A stretch of DNA of 64,000 bases from Paragordius varius (Eukaryota; Animalia; Nematomorpha): positions 8,432,001 through 8,496,000 of the forward strand of contig OZ176050.1 in assembly GCA_964247055.1 (NCBI GenBank), in the 5' to 3' direction. Under the pieces are notes generated by a model, which worked only from the letters and a program-made list of their open reading frames with translations, ran no database searches and was not told the origin of the DNA. The position numbers and the translations under genes are program-made. Positions 61,141 to 64,000 of this stretch are shown here, piece after piece. Positions within the stretch are counted from its first letter, which is position 1; each line of letters starts with the position of its first letter.

Positions 61141-62710
61141 TTATAGCACTAAATTAGTGTCAGATGATTTGTTGTAAAGCTTGAAAAATTCCGGTTCATA
61201 AACAAGTATCGGGTCTTTCGTTTTTGTGTGCCACACTAAAATCTAATTTATAAAAACATAATTGGAAATTTTTATATACCTTTTGTAATTCAAATTCACC
61301 CTTAAACAATTCAAATTCACCCTCGAAATTTAAATTCAGCCTAAAAATAAATTATGTGTTTTCGGCCTAATATAACTCATTATTACAAAGATATAAAATC
61401 TTGTGGCATAGTTTATTATTTTTTCAGCATTATATTAATTTTGAACGCAATTTCTTTTTTTTAATAAAAAAATATAGGTAATAGCAATTTTTTATCTTAA
61501 ATACACATAATTTATTTTAGGGTGAATTTAGATCATTCAAGGGTAAATTTGAAATGTTTAAGGGTGAATTTGATTTGTAAATGGTATATAAGATATGTTT
61601 TAGCAAAATTTATGAACCTCGGTACAGTTATTGGCTAACGGCTCTAAATCGTTAAGTTCTCCCAATTGTTGCACAAAATCATTTTCCAAACCATCTAAAA
61701 TAAAGATTATTACATGAATACTACCAATTTAACACTTATTTAAAATTTATATCGTATTTATCGTGTTTTTAGGGGCATTATCTAAGATTGAAGATATTTT
61801 TAGCACCATCAATAATTAAAAAATATTTGATCCTAATAAAAAATTATTTTCGATAACCAAGAGCTAACTTTGAGCCTCCGAGAATAATGTATTGATTTTT
61901 TTATTTTAGTATTTATTTTTCAAGGGATTCGTGACGCCACAAAATAATTTTTACCAATCTATATATTTGGAACCATTTTTCAATGTTTTTACGAAACCCA
62001 AAATAATAAAATCTATAGATGCTTATATTACTTTCATTATCATATTCATTGAAATAAAGGTTGGGATGATCGTTAGTAAGCAGTTTTAAATTGACCGCAA
62101 AACCGGCCATGTCAAGAGCCATTTTCCGTTCTTTTTTCATGTAAATTGCAAGCCAATCCACAACTTTTCCTTCAACAACCAAGGGCCTTTCAACGTATAA
62201 GCCTCCGGCAAATGCTACAGGCCAAACCCCGATCCTTTTCACTTTGCGCATCTATTTTGTGTTTTTATGTAAATAAAAAAATAAATTAGTTGAATGCAAT
62301 AGTAAGTTTTCAAACAATTTTTTGGAAAAAATACCACCCTACAAACCCTTTTAAAAAGCACTTAACTAGATATGTATACCATAATTGCTCTCAATTGTGT
62401 TTGCATGAGCTTTATAAATTATCTACGAATATTAAATGGAGCTTTAAAACATTTATTTTAAAATATAAAATACCTCTTCAAAGAGTTTGAGATCATATGT
62501 GTTATCGTCATCCGCAAAGTAGACCACACAATTTTCTGGTTTTAGCTTTTCAGCATGTCCAATCATAAATGTATTCATATTTGACCAATTAAAGCTGAAT
62601 CTTTGAAATCGATCGTTTGCAAAATTTTTATTGTTTAGAAAAAAAATCCATTTTCTTAGCCATGATAAAGCCATGTTTCTTTGGACGCATCCTTTATATG
62701 GCAGGTGTTG
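61141..62710 (-). CDS. B3GAT: Beta-1,3-glucuronosyltransferase (GT43, B3GAT/GlcAT-like), 3' part; 5' exons probably beyond the window
   Basis: Exons 62474-62710, about 62032-62251, about 61617-61694, 61141-61243: G.VQRNMALSWLR, VVYFADDDNTY, GVWPVAFAGG, DMAGFAVN, DLEPLANNCTE, ILVWHTKT. Confidence 0.9.
61277..61586. mobile_element. MITE family D copy in a B3GAT intron
   Basis: TA|TACC(T)TTT..AATTCAAATTCACCCTTAAAC repeats; right end GTAAATGGTA|TA; homologous to 22272-22619. Confidence 0.8.
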
Positions 62711-62774
62711 CTACAAAAATAAATGTTAATAATGTTTTTTCATTAATTAACTTGACACTTAACTATTTTAGTTA

Positions 62775-63031
62775 GAAACATTGAGGCAAATTTTTTCAAG
62801 CAAAGACAACTTTTTTCTAAAGTAAAAGCAACATATATTCATCCAAACGCAATCAAGGGACAACATTTCAAGCAAAGACAACATTTTATTATCCAAACGC
62901 AAAGCAAAACAACATTTTTTTTAAAATTAAAGACAAATTTTTTTATGACAATTCGTTATTTAGTAAATATTTAATTATGATTGGTTAAATTTTAGCATAT
63001 TATGATATTTATTGTTTTATTAACAATTGAT
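62775..63031 (+). repeat. Decayed left arm of the 21-bp-array foldback family
   Basis: TTTTTTCAAGCAAAGACAAC and CATCCAAACGCAA units followed by sequence like 4500-4600; cut by a hAT end at 63032. Confidence 0.7.
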
Positions 63032-63560
63032 TAATGTGACCAGATAGGCTGTTTTTCGCAGTACAGAACTGGATTTTCAGAAAAAAACTGCGACTGTACT
63101 GCGCCCATTTTTGTACTGCTTTTTGAAATTAAATTAAATATTTATGAATATATATTAATTACCTTTTATCTAAAAAATCATTATGGAAGAATACCCTCTG
63201 TAATAATTAAACCCATAATTTCTAAAGATATTGTTTATTTTGCGGTAAAAAATTAAGATTGGCCTATTTTTAATTGGTTAATATTTTATTTTTTGTTCGA
63301 ATTATACATAAAATTGGATTAAGAATCGGTCAAACCATTTAATTACAGCCTTTCGCGCAGTGGCAAAACTATAAATCTCGGACTCCACCGTAAGATTCAG
63401 GCTAATGACTCTTTCAAGGGCTTCTGCAAATAGAGGTGCCTCAAAATTTAAAATTAACAAAATTAATTTATTATTTTAATAAATGCTTGATCAAGGTTAG
63501 AGAGTTCATTTTTTGTTAAAATTATCAAACGGAAAATTTTATAGAAAATTGTTATTTGCG
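63032..63560 (+). mobile_element. Left part of the 1462-3267 hAT family
   Basis: TAATGTGACCAGATAGGCTGTTTTTCGCAGTACAG and downstream blocks collinear with 1462-1965. Confidence 0.75.
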
Positions 63561-63667
63561 TAACTTTATTTAAAATTTATTATTATGGTATATGATTTCG
63601 AAATAACCTATTTTCGGAAAAATTAAGAGATTTACGTTTTATAGTCTCATTAAGTGTGAGGTATGAT

Positions 63668-64000
63668 TAAGGTGACCAGATTTTTTGAAGGAAAAAGCGG
63701 GACAAATCCGAGAAGGGGGGAGGGGGTCTTATTTTTAACACAAATACATTATAAATATAAAATTTGTACCTTACAGGTTGTTTGTACCTTATTCAATAAA
63801 TTTACATGTGCACGAACAAAGGGTGAAGTGATTGTAATATTCTAGAAAAAAATAATAAAGACGAAATCATCACAAAGTGCGCTGGGTGATGCAAGAAGCG
63901 GCACAAAAAATATTTTTAACAATTTAGGCTAATAATCTCAAAAAACATTATTGATAGATACACAACGCTATTCAAACAGCTACTGATTTGTTACCCCTGG
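63668..64000 (+). mobile_element. Related hAT element: left end plus internally deleted transposase remnant, running off the window
   Basis: TAAGGTGACCAGATTTTTTGAAGG..CGGGACA end; translations KFTCARTKGEVIV and IHNAIQTATDLLP resemble hAT motifs (KFSCARTK, HxxHNA). Confidence 0.65.

Noticed and set aside
63780-64000. Candidate upstream B3GAT exon on the minus strand, and a CAGGGG-type TIR at the window end
   Set aside because: The plus strand encodes hAT transposase motifs (KFTCARTK, IHNAIQTATDLLP) that explain the region better.
1-64000. Assigning the window to a named organism
   Set aside because: Gene content and TE types indicate an animal-like genome with very short introns, but the sequence alone does not fix the taxon; a BLAST or phylogeny of GHITM, POC1 or ATP9 is needed.

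Overview
Very AT-rich eukaryotic (animal-like) genomic window; the species cannot be determined from sequence alone. It holds small, tightly packed gene islands: tRNA-Ser(TGA)/GHITM, POC1, ATP9 head-to-head with PUS7, DOLPP1 overlapping OXLD1, a CRIP-like LIM gene converging on a GT43/B3GAT gene, and one orphan secreted-looking ORF. These sit among nested transposons: hAT, Tc1/mariner, piggyBac-like MITEs, foldback elements, a Helitron end, a Ty3/Gypsy provirus, RTE-type LINEs and a tRNA-derived SINE. Main observations: (1) at least 14 GT-AG introns of only 22-26 nt, including a six-intron DOLPP1 gene absent from the ORF track, alongside kb-scale TE-filled introns; (2) extreme gene packing, with 36 nt between the ATP9 and PUS7 start codons around a centred palindrome and a 12-nt DOLPP1/OXLD1 coding overlap; (3) three unrelated-looking non-autonomous element families sharing TA|TACCATTT termini and 21-bp subterminal periodicity; (4) a Gypsy element whose gag was replaced by an inverted copy of its own pol that keeps the ancestral codon; (5) a 55-bp splice-acceptor duplication in GHITM that may be a nascent intron; (6) LINE RTs with a PHD-like finger inside the RT core. 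Gene models were spliced by hand and homology calls come from motif recognition, not database searches.
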